A stretch of DNA of 64,000 nucleotides from a virus, in the UHGV virus genome UHGV-1353888. The stretch is one strand, 5' to 3'. Positions 19,819-29,115 of the stretch are shown here, piece by piece. Numbering within the stretch: position 1 is the stretch's first letter; every line of letters starts with the position of its first letter. Both the position numbers and the translations under genes were made by a program. Below the pieces are notes generated by a model, which saw only the letters and a program-made list of their open reading frames with translations, ran no database searches and was not told where the DNA came from.

Positions 19819-21708
19819 ATGGCATTTACGATTCAACCTTACACCCTAGGGAGTTCTATTACGCCGAATACGACATATAGCCTCCCCTCGCTGACACATT
19901 CTGCCGCGGCCCTAACTTCTACATATCCGAAGGTAGTCCTTGAAGTGGTTACAAAGGCCCCCGCTGACGAAGCGTGGAGCAACATTCTACCTGCTGATTA
20001 TCTCGTTCAGGGAGAAGTCATCCGTACTATGCTCGACTTCACCGCAGGTACTTCTCAAATGTTATATTTCCGAGTCCCCGTTACTGACCCTGCTGTTAAG
20101 TACGCCACCACAAAGCTCGATACGCTCGGCTTCAACTATCCGAACGTAGGGGAAATTAAGACCTATGTGGACGCTTCGGGCGCAACGAGCGGGTACTGGG
20201 ATATTACCTCCCTCGTAGAAAAGGGAAGCGTTCATACTCTCAGCGTGGTACAGGCCAACCTCGGCGTATCAGACCCAAACATTACCCAACCTGTCATCAA
20301 TATCCTCGGTGTAGGTTCTGACTCGAATGTCCGTTCAGTAATGAGAGAGGGTCAGCAAGGCCCCGCTCAGTTTCCCTTCCTCCCTGATAGCCTGAGAACG
20401 GTGGTTCATCTATCTGCTCCGGAGGGATTTACTTATAAGTTTACTGTTCAGAAGGTAAATTTTGGTGGAGCATCTGGCGGTAGCTTCGACCCCACGCAAG
20501 ATGCTGATATTACTGGGACTTGGAGTTTCAGTAACGTATCGGGGTTGACTATGAAGGATGAAGCGCAGATTCTTCTTGGACAAGGAGAAAATGCTCTTAA
20601 AATCCACGGCACAGGTGCAGGCAAGGCAGTAATCGAAGGTGGTAATGCAACTAATCTGGATGTAGCTATACCTACTAATTTTCAGTATGCTATAACCGCA
20701 CACGAGACAGTTACCTTTGATAGTCATACGATTTCTACGCATAAAGATATTCTAAATTTTGTTGGGCCTAGCCTGACAATGAGAGTAGCTCAAAGCGCAG
20801 ATGGGAATATTCACATCGGTCCAAACACTGGGGGAGGTTTAAGTATCGGCTCTGGTGGTGCTTGTGCTTTTTCCAACCACGTCTATTTTGCAGGCTCTTC
20901 GTTTAGTAGTGCTGTAACCATGGCACGCACGCTCACTGTTGCAGATTTGTCTACCTTTAATAAAGGTGTAGCTATTCCTTCTACAGGGCTTGCTTACTTC
21001 GGAACTAGAGTAAACCTCTCTGGCACAGAAGAGGGTGATTTCGTAATCAATGGTGAACCCGGAAGGGAGTTCGTTACAAATCTTGTTTTTACCAAGAGAG
21101 TCTCTCCAGACCAAGTTACGAAGATTTTCGATATTACCCACACGACAGTAGATAGATATGGGTGTTATCTACAGTATACCAGCAACAATGGTTATCTTCA
21201 GTTCTACAATAAGTATAACTTAGGAAGTGTTCCCGATAACCTTGTATTTACTATGGAACCGTTAGGCCAGCTTACTTTCAAAAAGCAAATTACCTTTGCT
21301 GGCCCCACCTCTTTCACTAATGCTGTCACCTTTGGTAACACCATTACTGTTGCTGGGCTGGCTACGCTTAGTGGTCATGTAAAAATCAAAGGTCACATTG
21401 GTTTGGGAGCTACAGATGGTTCTCCAGAAATCAATATCACCCCTAAATCTCCGAACCAACTTACTCTATTAGGGGACCAAGGGGCACATATTGACATCTA
21501 TACTCCTCCTGAATCCAGTGGCGGTGCTCCCCTGATGGCTAAGGATAAACTTCTTACCCAGGGGGAGTGTGACGCTAGATATGTCTTGTTCGTTCAGACT
21601 ACTCAAGCAGACTATGATGGACTTGCTGTGAAGAACCCCGGCACCATCTACCACACTCAGGACACTGGGATATTCTACATTGGAGACAAACAACTTACCA
21701 CCGCTTAA
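19819..21708 (+). CDS. fibre/appendage-like protein (629 aa)
   Basis: Gly/Thr/Ser-rich beta-type composition with short repeats. Lies in the structural operon. Confidence 0.5.
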   Translation: MAFTIQPYTLGSSITPNTTYSLPSLTHSAAALTSTYPKVVLEVVTKAPADEAWSNILPADYLVQGEVIRTMLDFTAGTSQMLYFRVPVTDPAVKYATTKLDTLGFNYPNVGEIKTYVDASGATSGYWDITSLVEKGSVHTLSVVQANLGVSDPNITQPVINILGVGSDSNVRSVMREGQQGPAQFPFLPDSLRTVVHLSAPEGFTYKFTVQKVNFGGASGGSFDPTQDADITGTWSFSNVSGLTMKDEAQILLGQGENALKIHGTGAGKAVIEGGNATNLDVAIPTNFQYAITAHETVTFDSHTISTHKDILNFVGPSLTMRVAQSADGNIHIGPNTGGGLSIGSGGACAFSNHVYFAGSSFSSAVTMARTLTVADLSTFNKGVAIPSTGLAYFGTRVNLSGTEEGDFVINGEPGREFVTNLVFTKRVSPDQVTKIFDITHTTVDRYGCYLQYTSNNGYLQFYNKYNLGSVPDNLVFTMEPLGQLTFKKQITFAGPTSFTNAVTFGNTITVAGLATLSGHVKIKGHIGLGATDGSPEINITPKSPNQLTLLGDQGAHIDIYTPPESSGGAPLMAKDKLLTQGECDARYVLFVQTTQADYDGLAVKNPGTIYHTQDTGIFYIGDKQLTTA

Positions 21709-21718
21709 TTAACACGCC

Positions 21719-22093
21719 ATGTTTATTCACATCGTTTACAACAACACCGTAAAGGAAGAATTCAAGCCCTTCGAAGGGACCATCTCTTTTATCGGCCCCA
21801 AGGCTGATGAATGGACTTATCCCTCCACAATGAAACTGGATGAACTCCCGGAACCGCAGAAGTCCGTATATACCGGGATTGCTCAGGCCATTCAGGGCGA
21901 CAAGCAACCTTGGGTGGCTTCCCAAATTCACGCTTTCCCCGCTAAGAAGGATGGCAAGAATGCGGTGAGGCTACATCTTGAAGCCATTCACGATGAAACG
22001 AAAGCTATCCGTACTTTCACGGATGAAGATAATCCCGACCTGCTTATTGTAGGTGATGAAGCTTTCGCGTTCTTTGACTACTTCAAAAAGTAA
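21719..22093 (+). CDS. hypothetical protein (124 aa)
   Basis: ATG ORF. Confidence 0.5.
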   Translation: MFIHIVYNNTVKEEFKPFEGTISFIGPKADEWTYPSTMKLDELPEPQKSVYTGIAQAIQGDKQPWVASQIHAFPAKKDGKNAVRLHLEAIHDETKAIRTFTDEDNPDLLIVGDEAFAFFDYFKK

Positions 22094-22098
22094 AGGCT

Positions 22099-22152
22099 AT
22101 GAAGAAAGGTAAAGGAAAAGGTAAAGGAAAAGGTAAGGGTTGCGGTAAGTAA
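22099..22152 (+). CDS. 17-codon mini-ORF MKKGKGKGKGKGKGCGK, built on 3.5 copies of the 12-bp unit GGTAAAGGAAAA
   Basis: ATG 5 nt after the previous stop. TAA at 22150-22152, directly before the terminator. Confidence 0.25.
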   Translation: MKKGKGKGKGKGKGCGK

Positions 22153-22172
22153 TCCGACCTTATAAAAATTCA

Positions 22173-22212
22173 GCAACCCCGCTTTGTATGACACAGAGCG
22201 GGGTTGCTTTTT
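22173..22212 (+). terminator. rho-independent terminator: 11-bp stem GCAACCCCGCT/AGCGGGGTTGC. The 13-nt loop is the GTATGACACAG promoter box, and the T tract runs into the -35
   Basis: Read directly. TTTTT at 22208-22212. Confidence 0.7.
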
Positions 22213-22231
22213 ATCTATATTGCATTATCCT
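22185..22231 (+). promoter_or_regulatory. promoter: TGTATGACACAG box, -35-like TTGCTT (22204-22209), 16-nt spacer, -10-like TATCCT (22226-22231)
   Basis: Same box, spacing and distance to the ATG as the other copies. Confidence 0.4.
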
Positions 22232-22237
22232 CAAACC

Positions 22238-22879
22238 ATGTCCGAACTAATTGATGTAATCGAACAAAGTGTAGAAATGTGGACTCCACCCCCTCTGCTT
22301 GAACAGCAACTTGAGTTAGCCGCAAGGGCTGGACGAGTATGTTACCAAAGTGAAGGTAAAACCCCCAAGGAAGAATTTTTACGCCGCATTATTAAGATGG
22401 GACATGAGAGCGTACTTGAACACGCTTCCGTCACTTTCTCTATCATCACGAACAGGGCAGTAACTCACCAGCTTGTTCGCCATCGTATCGGAGTAGCGTA
22501 TAGCCAGGAAAGCCAGCGTTACTGCAACTACCAAGGAAAGCTACAGATTATTCGTCCCGCTGAATACATGGACAAGAATGCCTATATGGATTGGGAATAT
22601 TCCATGAAGACGTGCGCTCAAACCTATAATTGGCTGGTATGCAAGGACAATGAGTTCCGAGTTAAGCCGGAGGTAGCCCGCGGTGTTCTCCCCAACGATA
22701 CCAAAACACAGATTGTCGTGACCTTCAACATCCGTTCACTTCGTCACTTCCTAACTCTCCGTCTGGATACTCATGCCCAGCACGCCATCCGGGACATCGC
22801 CAGTAAAATCTACAAGCTAATAGACTTGCATGGCTTTGGTTATCTGCTCGAAGGAATTAACACCAAGGGATTAATCTAA
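22238..22879 (+). CDS. thyX: flavin-dependent thymidylate synthase ThyX
   Basis: HESVLEHAS and RHRIGVAYSQESQRY signatures. The track start 22184 is a TTG inside the terminator loop, so the ATG at 22238 is preferred. Confidence 0.85.
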   Translation: MSELIDVIEQSVEMWTPPPLLEQQLELAARAGRVCYQSEGKTPKEEFLRRIIKMGHESVLEHASVTFSIITNRAVTHQLVRHRIGVAYSQESQRYCNYQGKLQIIRPAEYMDKNAYMDWEYSMKTCAQTYNWLVCKDNEFRVKPEVARGVLPNDTKTQIVVTFNIRSLRHFLTLRLDTHAQHAIRDIASKIYKLIDLHGFGYLLEGINTKGLI

Positions 22880-23601
22880 TGAAGAAAGAACAACACACAG
22901 TAAAGCTCGTCGCCGAACTACAGAAGGCATACGATTACTTTAATGAACACCTTTTCAAGGACGAACTCCCTGATTGCATCATGGGGTTGTGCAATGCAAA
23001 TAAAAGAACCTTGGGGTATTACCACCGTAGTCAATACCTGACTACGGAAGGAGCTATCAAAGTAGATAAGATTTCCCTAAACCCATCATACTTTGTATCC
23101 CAAGGTGTTAAAAAAGTCATGGGGACTCTCGTCCATGAGATGTGCCACCTTTGGCGTGAACGAATGTGTGACAAGCCATCTCGTGGTGGGTATCATGACC
23201 GTAAGTGGGGAAGCAAGATGAAAGAGGTGGGGTTGTACCCTTCCAATACCGGGGAAGAAGGTGGAAAAGAAACAGGGAATCAGATGACCCACTACATTAT
23301 TGTGGATGGACCATTCGATAAATTCTTCAAGAAGCTTAAGGAAGAGCACAATATAACTCTTCCCTATATTCATAAGACCCAACTGGGGTTTCTAGGAGGA
23401 GTCAACAATCCCATGCTCAAAGAGAATCCTGAACTTCTGGAAGCTATTGAAAGGGAAAATCCTTTTGGAAGCATCTCCAAGAACCGTTCCAACCGGGTCA
23501 AGTACATTTGCCCTGTATGCAACTCCAAAGTATGGGGAAAGAAAGAGCTCTATATTGTATGTGGGGCCTGCAAAGTAACTATGGACCCGGATGATAATTA
23601 G
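22879..23601 (+). CDS. SprT-like zinc metallopeptidase with C-terminal zinc ribbon
   Basis: TLVHEMCHLW (HExxH). CPVCNSKVW...CGACK. TAATG overlap with thyX. Confidence 0.7.
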   Translation: MKKEQHTVKLVAELQKAYDYFNEHLFKDELPDCIMGLCNANKRTLGYYHRSQYLTTEGAIKVDKISLNPSYFVSQGVKKVMGTLVHEMCHLWRERMCDKPSRGGYHDRKWGSKMKEVGLYPSNTGEEGGKETGNQMTHYIIVDGPFDKFFKKLKEEHNITLPYIHKTQLGFLGGVNNPMLKENPELLEAIERENPFGSISKNRSNRVKYICPVCNSKVWGKKELYIVCGACKVTMDPDDN

Positions 23602-23638
23602 CATTGACACGCACATAACCATATACTAAACTACATAG

Positions 23639-24016
23639 ATGGAAAACGAAAATCAAAAGAGCCTTGCCGAAACTCTGTATTACGCCGCTGGCAACACCTC
23701 TCCCTATGATAAAGCAACCTATGAACAACAGCGTCCCTTCATTCATCAAGCTACCTATATTCATGCCCATAAGGATGAAATTGCCGCAGAAGTTCTCGGT
23801 GAAACTATCTCCCGATTTGGAGCCAACAACAAAGTAGTTGAAGTGGTAAAGGGCATTATCATTGCTGGGCTTGGTGTAGCCGCGGCTCTCGGATTACAGG
23901 GTTGCACTACTACCTCTTTTTCCTATGATGCTGATACCGGACTTTTCTCTGTGTATGGCTCTAGCCAGGAAGTAGAACAGACGGATGTTCCTCCGGCTGT
24001 CCAGGAATCCCATTAA
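23639..24016 (+). CDS. hypothetical protein with an internal hydrophobic, lipobox-like segment
   Basis: GIIIAGLGVAAALGLQGC at residues 62-79. Confidence 0.5.
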   Translation: MENENQKSLAETLYYAAGNTSPYDKATYEQQRPFIHQATYIHAHKDEIAAEVLGETISRFGANNKVVEVVKGIIIAGLGVAAALGLQGCTTTSFSYDADTGLFSVYGSSQEVEQTDVPPAVQESH

Positions 24017-24017
24017 C

Positions 24018-25049
24018 ATGTTAGAGGACAAACAACCACTTAGCGAGAGGACGGGGGAAGTTATTCCCCCTCCTCTTCCTGCCCTCCCACCTCTTCCTGA
24101 ATTAAATACAGAGGGGATAAATTGGCCTGGAATTCAATCCCCGTTCTACGGGAATGAAGGAATCCAGACCGAACCCCCTTTTATTGATTCTTACATTCCA
24201 TCCCTCCGTAATAATCCGGGGCATTACTTCCAGGTATTTTATGACCCCGAGGAAGATGGAACATGGCCCCAACTTCGTTTTACTCAGGGACTTATCATTG
24301 ATGGGAACGAAAAATTCACCATAGGTTCTCAGCCATATAGTAGCCCCAGGGGGAACCCTGTAACAGGAAGATCTTCTGGTTCAAACCCTTCCAATAAAAA
24401 AGTTTGGCTAAACGTACTAAGTGACCGAAGTGCTTCTACTGTAAGTCTGGACGAAGACACAAGCTCCGACTATAGCTTTGAGATTGCAAGGATTGATGAC
24501 AACGGAAATATCCAACAGCTTCATGATGGTGCTCTCGTTATTGGCGGTGGCGGTGGTTCTTTCCCATTCCGAGTAACTACCCGCCGCCAGCAGAATCCCG
24601 TCACTCAGGCTTGGGAAACATTTGCTGTAGTAGATAAGGGGGGATTCCGGGATACTAAGAGGACTACTGTTCCGCTCACCCAGTTTGGGACTACGGGGAA
24701 GGTAGAAATACCTATCGTTACTACCGGAACTTTACCTGTCCAACTGGAATGGAATTACACATGGCCCTATGCTCCCATTACGGGCGCAACGGTCGTTGTG
24801 GACGATTCGCCCTGGGATGGCAAAACGGTCGTTACGCCCATTACGAGCGGTACGATAACCGGGAAAAGCAAATGTGTTCTGGCCCTGCTCGAAGTAACCG
24901 CTAACCCGCAAGGTGGATTTGATGCCACTGTTAAATCCCAGCTCGTAACCACGGGCCTCAGAGCGATGTGGTATTCTGCTTACGTGGATGACATCTCTGG
25001 CCAGATGGGACAGTATGCAGAAGCTTCAATAACTAATCCAGATGCCTAG
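24018..25049 (+). CDS. hypothetical structural protein (343 aa)
   Basis: ATG at 24018, 1 nt after the upstream stop. The track's 23985 start overlaps the upstream gene. Confidence 0.5.
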   Translation: MLEDKQPLSERTGEVIPPPLPALPPLPELNTEGINWPGIQSPFYGNEGIQTEPPFIDSYIPSLRNNPGHYFQVFYDPEEDGTWPQLRFTQGLIIDGNEKFTIGSQPYSSPRGNPVTGRSSGSNPSNKKVWLNVLSDRSASTVSLDEDTSSDYSFEIARIDDNGNIQQLHDGALVIGGGGGSFPFRVTTRRQQNPVTQAWETFAVVDKGGFRDTKRTTVPLTQFGTTGKVEIPIVTTGTLPVQLEWNYTWPYAPITGATVVVDDSPWDGKTVVTPITSGTITGKSKCVLALLEVTANPQGGFDATVKSQLVTTGLRAMWYSAYVDDISGQMGQYAEASITNPDA

Positions 25050-25857
25050 TCTATTAACCTTTCCTGAACCCATTGAGGGAAACTCTGGCAATGGGATTCT
25101 TTCCAAATGGTATAATCAGTATGCCTCTCCCCTAACCCCCGACAACTGGCTATGGTATAATACTGGTGGTCCTACGCTTGAAGGAATGCCTACCCCAGGG
25201 GGGATGGCTTGCTCAATTCAGCAAGGAGCCATGTATAGGCCGGGTGTGAGGTGTTCCAACATAGTAGATGCTTGGAAGATATACAACGCTTTGGGGAATA
25301 TTAACACACCTGCTCTCGCCGCATCTACTGGTTCTACAGGATGGAAGACCAATATTAACGCGGAGAAAAGACAAAGAATTTTTAATCCTCGTGTTTGGAG
25401 TGTGTGGAATCCCGGCTCTCCCCAGCACGTCATGGCAGGATACGAAATCCCCACTTGGCCTGTTGGGTTTCCCCCGGGTGTAACAGGGGACCTAGCCGCT
25501 ACTCTTGAATCAGACCAGACAGTCGTGCGCTACAACCTGCTTGGCCCCTGGTACATTGAGAAAGATACAGGTGCAGTATATCTTGATTTTACCATATCCC
25601 TTGGGGGAACCTATGTTCGAAGCATTGGAGGACAACGTCAAACCCTTCTCATTAAGGCCAAGATGGGAAAGACACAATATGTCAGGTCCGGAACAAACCC
25701 ATCTGCCGTAAGGAATATTACATGGAGTACTACCATAGCTGGTATTCCAGTAGATTGCCTCGCTACATATTGGTGTTGGAGCCCTATTACTGTCCCAGTA
25801 CCCTTACTCACTGTTGTTGAGAATTGGTTTAAAGGTATTCAATTCGATTCATTATGA
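25042..25857 (+). CDS. hypothetical protein (271 aa)
   Basis: ATG ORF, 8-nt overlap with the upstream gene. Confidence 0.5.
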   Translation: MPSLLTFPEPIEGNSGNGILSKWYNQYASPLTPDNWLWYNTGGPTLEGMPTPGGMACSIQQGAMYRPGVRCSNIVDAWKIYNALGNINTPALAASTGSTGWKTNINAEKRQRIFNPRVWSVWNPGSPQHVMAGYEIPTWPVGFPPGVTGDLAATLESDQTVVRYNLLGPWYIEKDTGAVYLDFTISLGGTYVRSIGGQRQTLLIKAKMGKTQYVRSGTNPSAVRNITWSTTIAGIPVDCLATYWCWSPITVPVPLLTVVENWFKGIQFDSL

Positions 25858-26585
25858 CACAACCTGCTCTTGTAAATCCAGACGAAACAGATACAGTAAA
25901 ACGCATGGAAACGAAAAGCACCGAGGATTGGCTCGATGGAGACTTCAAAGTATTTGTCCTCGTGGAGTCTTACATAACACCGCTCTACCCCTCAAGGGAC
26001 GTGGACCTGCTCCACCTCAGTATTAACTATCTTAGGAATATTGGTGTAAAGCAGGAGGATATTGTTATTGTTGGGGACGAACCACAAGCCCTCGCATATG
26101 GTGAGCAGTATGGAATGAAGACCTATAATACTTTGGAATATGATAGGACCAAGCGTAATTTGGAACCTATGGAACGAGCCTATGCGAAGCATGGGGAAGG
26201 GAAGAACCTTATTCTCCTCGCTAGGCCTTCCATATGTCCCTACCGGGAACATAACTTTCTTCGTCAGTTCCAGAATGAAGTATTAGCTAATCCGGATAGC
26301 CAGTGCGTCTCCTTCGTGATGGACCCCTATCGTAAGAAAGATACCTACACGGGAGTTATGGGGTTCAATAAGAAGATGTTGAAGGAGTACTCTCTGGACA
26401 ATCTTCTGATGGGAATCATCCCTGAAAGAAATGTATACCATAACCTGTTCTGCTCATACCGTATTATAACCCCTGACCAGCTTGGGAATGAAGATGTCAT
26501 CAGAGCCATGACCAATCACGCCTACAATCTTAACATCTATGAATCTCCAGTACCCCTTAACTATTCTTACAGCATTCCTCTCTAA
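25854..26585 (+). CDS. hypothetical protein (243 aa)
   Basis: ATGA overlap with the upstream gene. Confidence 0.5.
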   Translation: MTQPALVNPDETDTVKRMETKSTEDWLDGDFKVFVLVESYITPLYPSRDVDLLHLSINYLRNIGVKQEDIVIVGDEPQALAYGEQYGMKTYNTLEYDRTKRNLEPMERAYAKHGEGKNLILLARPSICPYREHNFLRQFQNEVLANPDSQCVSFVMDPYRKKDTYTGVMGFNKKMLKEYSLDNLLMGIIPERNVYHNLFCSYRIITPDQLGNEDVIRAMTNHAYNLNIYESPVPLNYSYSIPL

Positions 26586-26698
26586 GGACATATTGGATGT
26601 AGCAGAAAATCTGAGAGAGTATATTCAAAACCAACCCACTAGAAGTTATTCCTATTACCGGGAACAGTGGGAGGAAAGTATCAAACAAAAGGAAAACT

Positions 26699-26929
26699 AT
26701 GAATACTAAAGACCCAACGCGGGAGAAACGGTTCGTACATATCTTGGATGAATTCGTTGAAGTAGACCCCTACATTACTATCCGTTTAAACGTAGGTCCT
26801 CATAAAGGAGAACTAAGATATGTCCCTAATCCAGATTATTTCCATGCTGAATATATCCAGGAGGGTAGGGAATACAAGAAGAGAAAGAAATACTTACCTA
26901 GACAAACCTCTAACCCAAAAACGCTATAA
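26699..26929 (+). CDS. small basic protein, copy 1 (76 aa)
   Basis: MNTKDPTREKRF...KTL. Identical copy 280 bp downstream. Confidence 0.5.
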   Translation: MNTKDPTREKRFVHILDEFVEVDPYITIRLNVGPHKGELRYVPNPDYFHAEYIQEGREYKKRKKYLPRQTSNPKTL

Positions 26930-26978
26930 CCTCTTAGAACTTATTAGAACCATGGAAAAAGAAAACAAAAGGAAAACT

Positions 26979-27209
26979 ATGAATACTAAAGACCCAACGC
27001 GGGAGAAACGGTTCGTACATATCTTGGATGAATTCGTTGAAGTAGACCCCTACATTACTATCCGTTTAAACGTAGGTCCTCATAAAGGAGAACTAAGATA
27101 TGTCCCTAATCCAGATTATTTCCATGCTGAATATATCCAGGAGGGTAGGGAATACAAGAAGAGAAAGAAATACTTACCTAGACAAACCTCTAACCCAAAA
27201 ACGCTATAA
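26979..27209 (+). CDS. small basic protein, copy 2. Fused in frame to the duplicated MEKENKRKT start at 26952
   Basis: Identical to copy 1. 280 is not a multiple of 3, so the two copies sit in different phases. Confidence 0.45.
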   Translation: MNTKDPTREKRFVHILDEFVEVDPYITIRLNVGPHKGELRYVPNPDYFHAEYIQEGREYKKRKKYLPRQTSNPKTL

Positions 27210-27231
27210 CCTCTTAGAACTTATTAGAACC

Positions 27232-27687
27232 ATGGAAAAAGAAAACAAACAATATGTCGAAGCCATCACGAAAGAAATCCGTTATCCCTACGGTCCCGGT
27301 ATCCAGAAACTCGACGACGGGTCGTTCAAAATCACTGTATGTCGTTCTGAATGTAGGGCTGTTGCTAAGGCTGATAACCTTGAAGTGGCTAAGGCCATCC
27401 AAGACAAACTGAAAACTGATTCAGGATATTTCCTTTCTTGCGTATCTAGTATTCTCCACAAGGAGGTTACGAAGATTCGGAACCAGGATATTGAATCCAA
27501 GTCAGCCTCCATTATACGATTGGTCAATGAGATTATGGGACTTGTGGAAGAAGGGAGGATGCTATTTCAACAAGCTGTGTCCCAAGGCATTGAGGGAGAC
27601 GTTCTCACCCGAGCCTATTCGGGGCTTGCTGAGTTATATCCCGGGAATCCGGAAGTACCCCTTCTCCATCTAATCTCTGAGGATTAA
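27232..27687 (+). CDS. hypothetical protein (151 aa)
   Basis: MEKENKQYVEAITKE... The track ORF 27100-27687 extends upstream only through the duplicated segment. Confidence 0.5.
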   Translation: MEKENKQYVEAITKEIRYPYGPGIQKLDDGSFKITVCRSECRAVAKADNLEVAKAIQDKLKTDSGYFLSCVSSILHKEVTKIRNQDIESKSASIIRLVNEIMGLVEEGRMLFQQAVSQGIEGDVLTRAYSGLAELYPGNPEVPLLHLISED

Positions 27688-27724
27688 TCTTGTCATACCG
27701 TACTAAACGTACTACACTTTCGAT

Positions 27725-28201
27725 ATGGACTGGAACAACCTATATTATGATGCAGGACGGAACTCGTGGATTACCCAGCAACAAGCTAGCTGGCCTTCCG
27801 TCTCCGTCCCTCCTCCGGCTGTAGTAGCCGATGCAAGCCTAATCCTTTCTTCCCCGGACGTTACTCAAGCTTTAACCATCACTGTTAAGAATGTTCCTAC
27901 AGGTGGGAGTGTGTCAACCCATGCTGTCTTCGATATAGCCATGGTGAGTAAAAATGGAGAGGTAGTTTATAATAGTCAGAAACCCTTTAAAGTAGATATG
28001 AGCGGAAATACTTATACTGTTTCAGGAGCTTTCTCACTTATTGATTCTTACCCCACTATCATCTCCATTCTTGAAGATTACCCCTACATTGATGTAGACA
28101 TGACCTTAAAGGATACCACCAACTTTAAATTCATAACCTCCCCTGTTCGTGTACGAATCTACAATGAACTCTCTAATGTAAAGAAGCCCTATGGAAACTA
28201 A
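27725..28201 (+). CDS. hypothetical protein (158 aa)
   Basis: ATG ORF. Confidence 0.5.
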   Translation: MDWNNLYYDAGRNSWITQQQASWPSVSVPPPAVVADASLILSSPDVTQALTITVKNVPTGGSVSTHAVFDIAMVSKNGEVVYNSQKPFKVDMSGNTYTVSGAFSLIDSYPTIISILEDYPYIDVDMTLKDTTNFKFITSPVRVRIYNELSNVKKPYGN

Positions 28202-28202
28202 T

Positions 28203-28619
28203 ATGGAAACAGATTTATTTGATACCTATTTCTCTGGAAAGACCCTCAATCTTCGTGCCCTATATGAAGTGAGGAATGCTATTCGGCTTTCCCATTATGG
28301 AACCAAATCGGGATTCCATCACCTCAAGTACGACAAGGTAACGAAGATTGTTGATGATTACCTGGACAAGTATGTTGAGGCCACCATCGGTCTCGATGGG
28401 ACCACTGCGAACTTGGTGTACGAAGACCTGGATACAAACCCATTTGGTACGATAAGTCCGAATAGTACGGAAAGAGCTAAGGAACAATTCGAAAACGCAA
28501 TCACCTTCTTCAAGAAAACTCTGGAAGAACACAGTTCCCACCGTGTCCAGCGAACTATCATTGAGAGCTTTGAAGAGGATATGGAACCATACATTGGTGT
28601 AACTGACCAGTATGTCTAA
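28203..28619 (+). CDS. hypothetical protein
   Basis: ATGGAAAC occurs twice, at 28191 and 28203. 28203 follows the upstream stop and is preferred. Confidence 0.5.
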   Translation: METDLFDTYFSGKTLNLRALYEVRNAIRLSHYGTKSGFHHLKYDKVTKIVDDYLDKYVEATIGLDGTTANLVYEDLDTNPFGTISPNSTERAKEQFENAITFFKKTLEEHSSHRVQRTIIESFEEDMEPYIGVTDQYV

Positions 28620-29115
28620 TATTGTCTATCCCCCTGCTAATGGAATTGGCATCTGCTCCAATACCCCTTCTCTAACTAAAAGCATCTTGAGGCATCCTGT
28701 TCCCCAGCTAACCAAGAAAGCCAACAAGGAAGAGGATGCTTGGTTCTACATGTGGTACTACCGGGAAGGTCTTTACCTTCCTTTCGGCATTGCTCTTGAA
28801 TCCATGAGGATTGGGATGGCCGCAAGGTTTGGTGGCATGGAACCAGGGTGGCTTGTCGTAACCACTGAAAAAGACGAAGATGAAGACGAGCCGGAAGCAT
28901 GGGAAGGAAAGGAAGCTACGGGAGGAAAGGGAGACGACTGGTGTTTCCGCTATATGATTCCCTGTGAGAATCCCCCTGCGGATACTCCAAGCTTCATAAT
29001 CCAGGGCTTGAGGTATATCATCGAAGAGGAATCTGAATTTTTCCCCGACTACAAACACCTCATGGATTTAAAATGGGAGATTGCTGAATGCACTCCCTAC
29101 AACCAAACACAATAA
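28612..29115 (+). CDS. hypothetical acidic protein (167 aa)
   Basis: ATG ORF with an EKDEDEDEPE stretch. Confidence 0.5.
   Translation: MSNIVYPPANGIGICSNTPSLTKSILRHPVPQLTKKANKEEDAWFYMWYYREGLYLPFGIALESMRIGMAARFGGMEPGWLVVTTEKDEDEDEPEAWEGKEATGGKGDDWCFRYMIPCENPPADTPSFIIQGLRYIIEEESEFFPDYKHLMDLKWEIAECTPYNQTQ

Larger units (their letters stand above)
26683..27249 (+). repeat. perfect tandem duplication, 2 x 280 bp, junctions in AAACAAA microhomology
   Basis: 26683-26962 equals 26963-27242. The 76-aa ORF and the first codons of the downstream gene (MEKEN) are both duplicated. Confidence 0.85.

Noticed and set aside
22099-22152. Treating the (GK)n mini-ORF as a confident gene
   Set aside because: It may be just a 12-bp microsatellite in the 3' UTR. 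It is retained as a low-confidence feature only because it has an ATG, a stop and an upstream AAGG.
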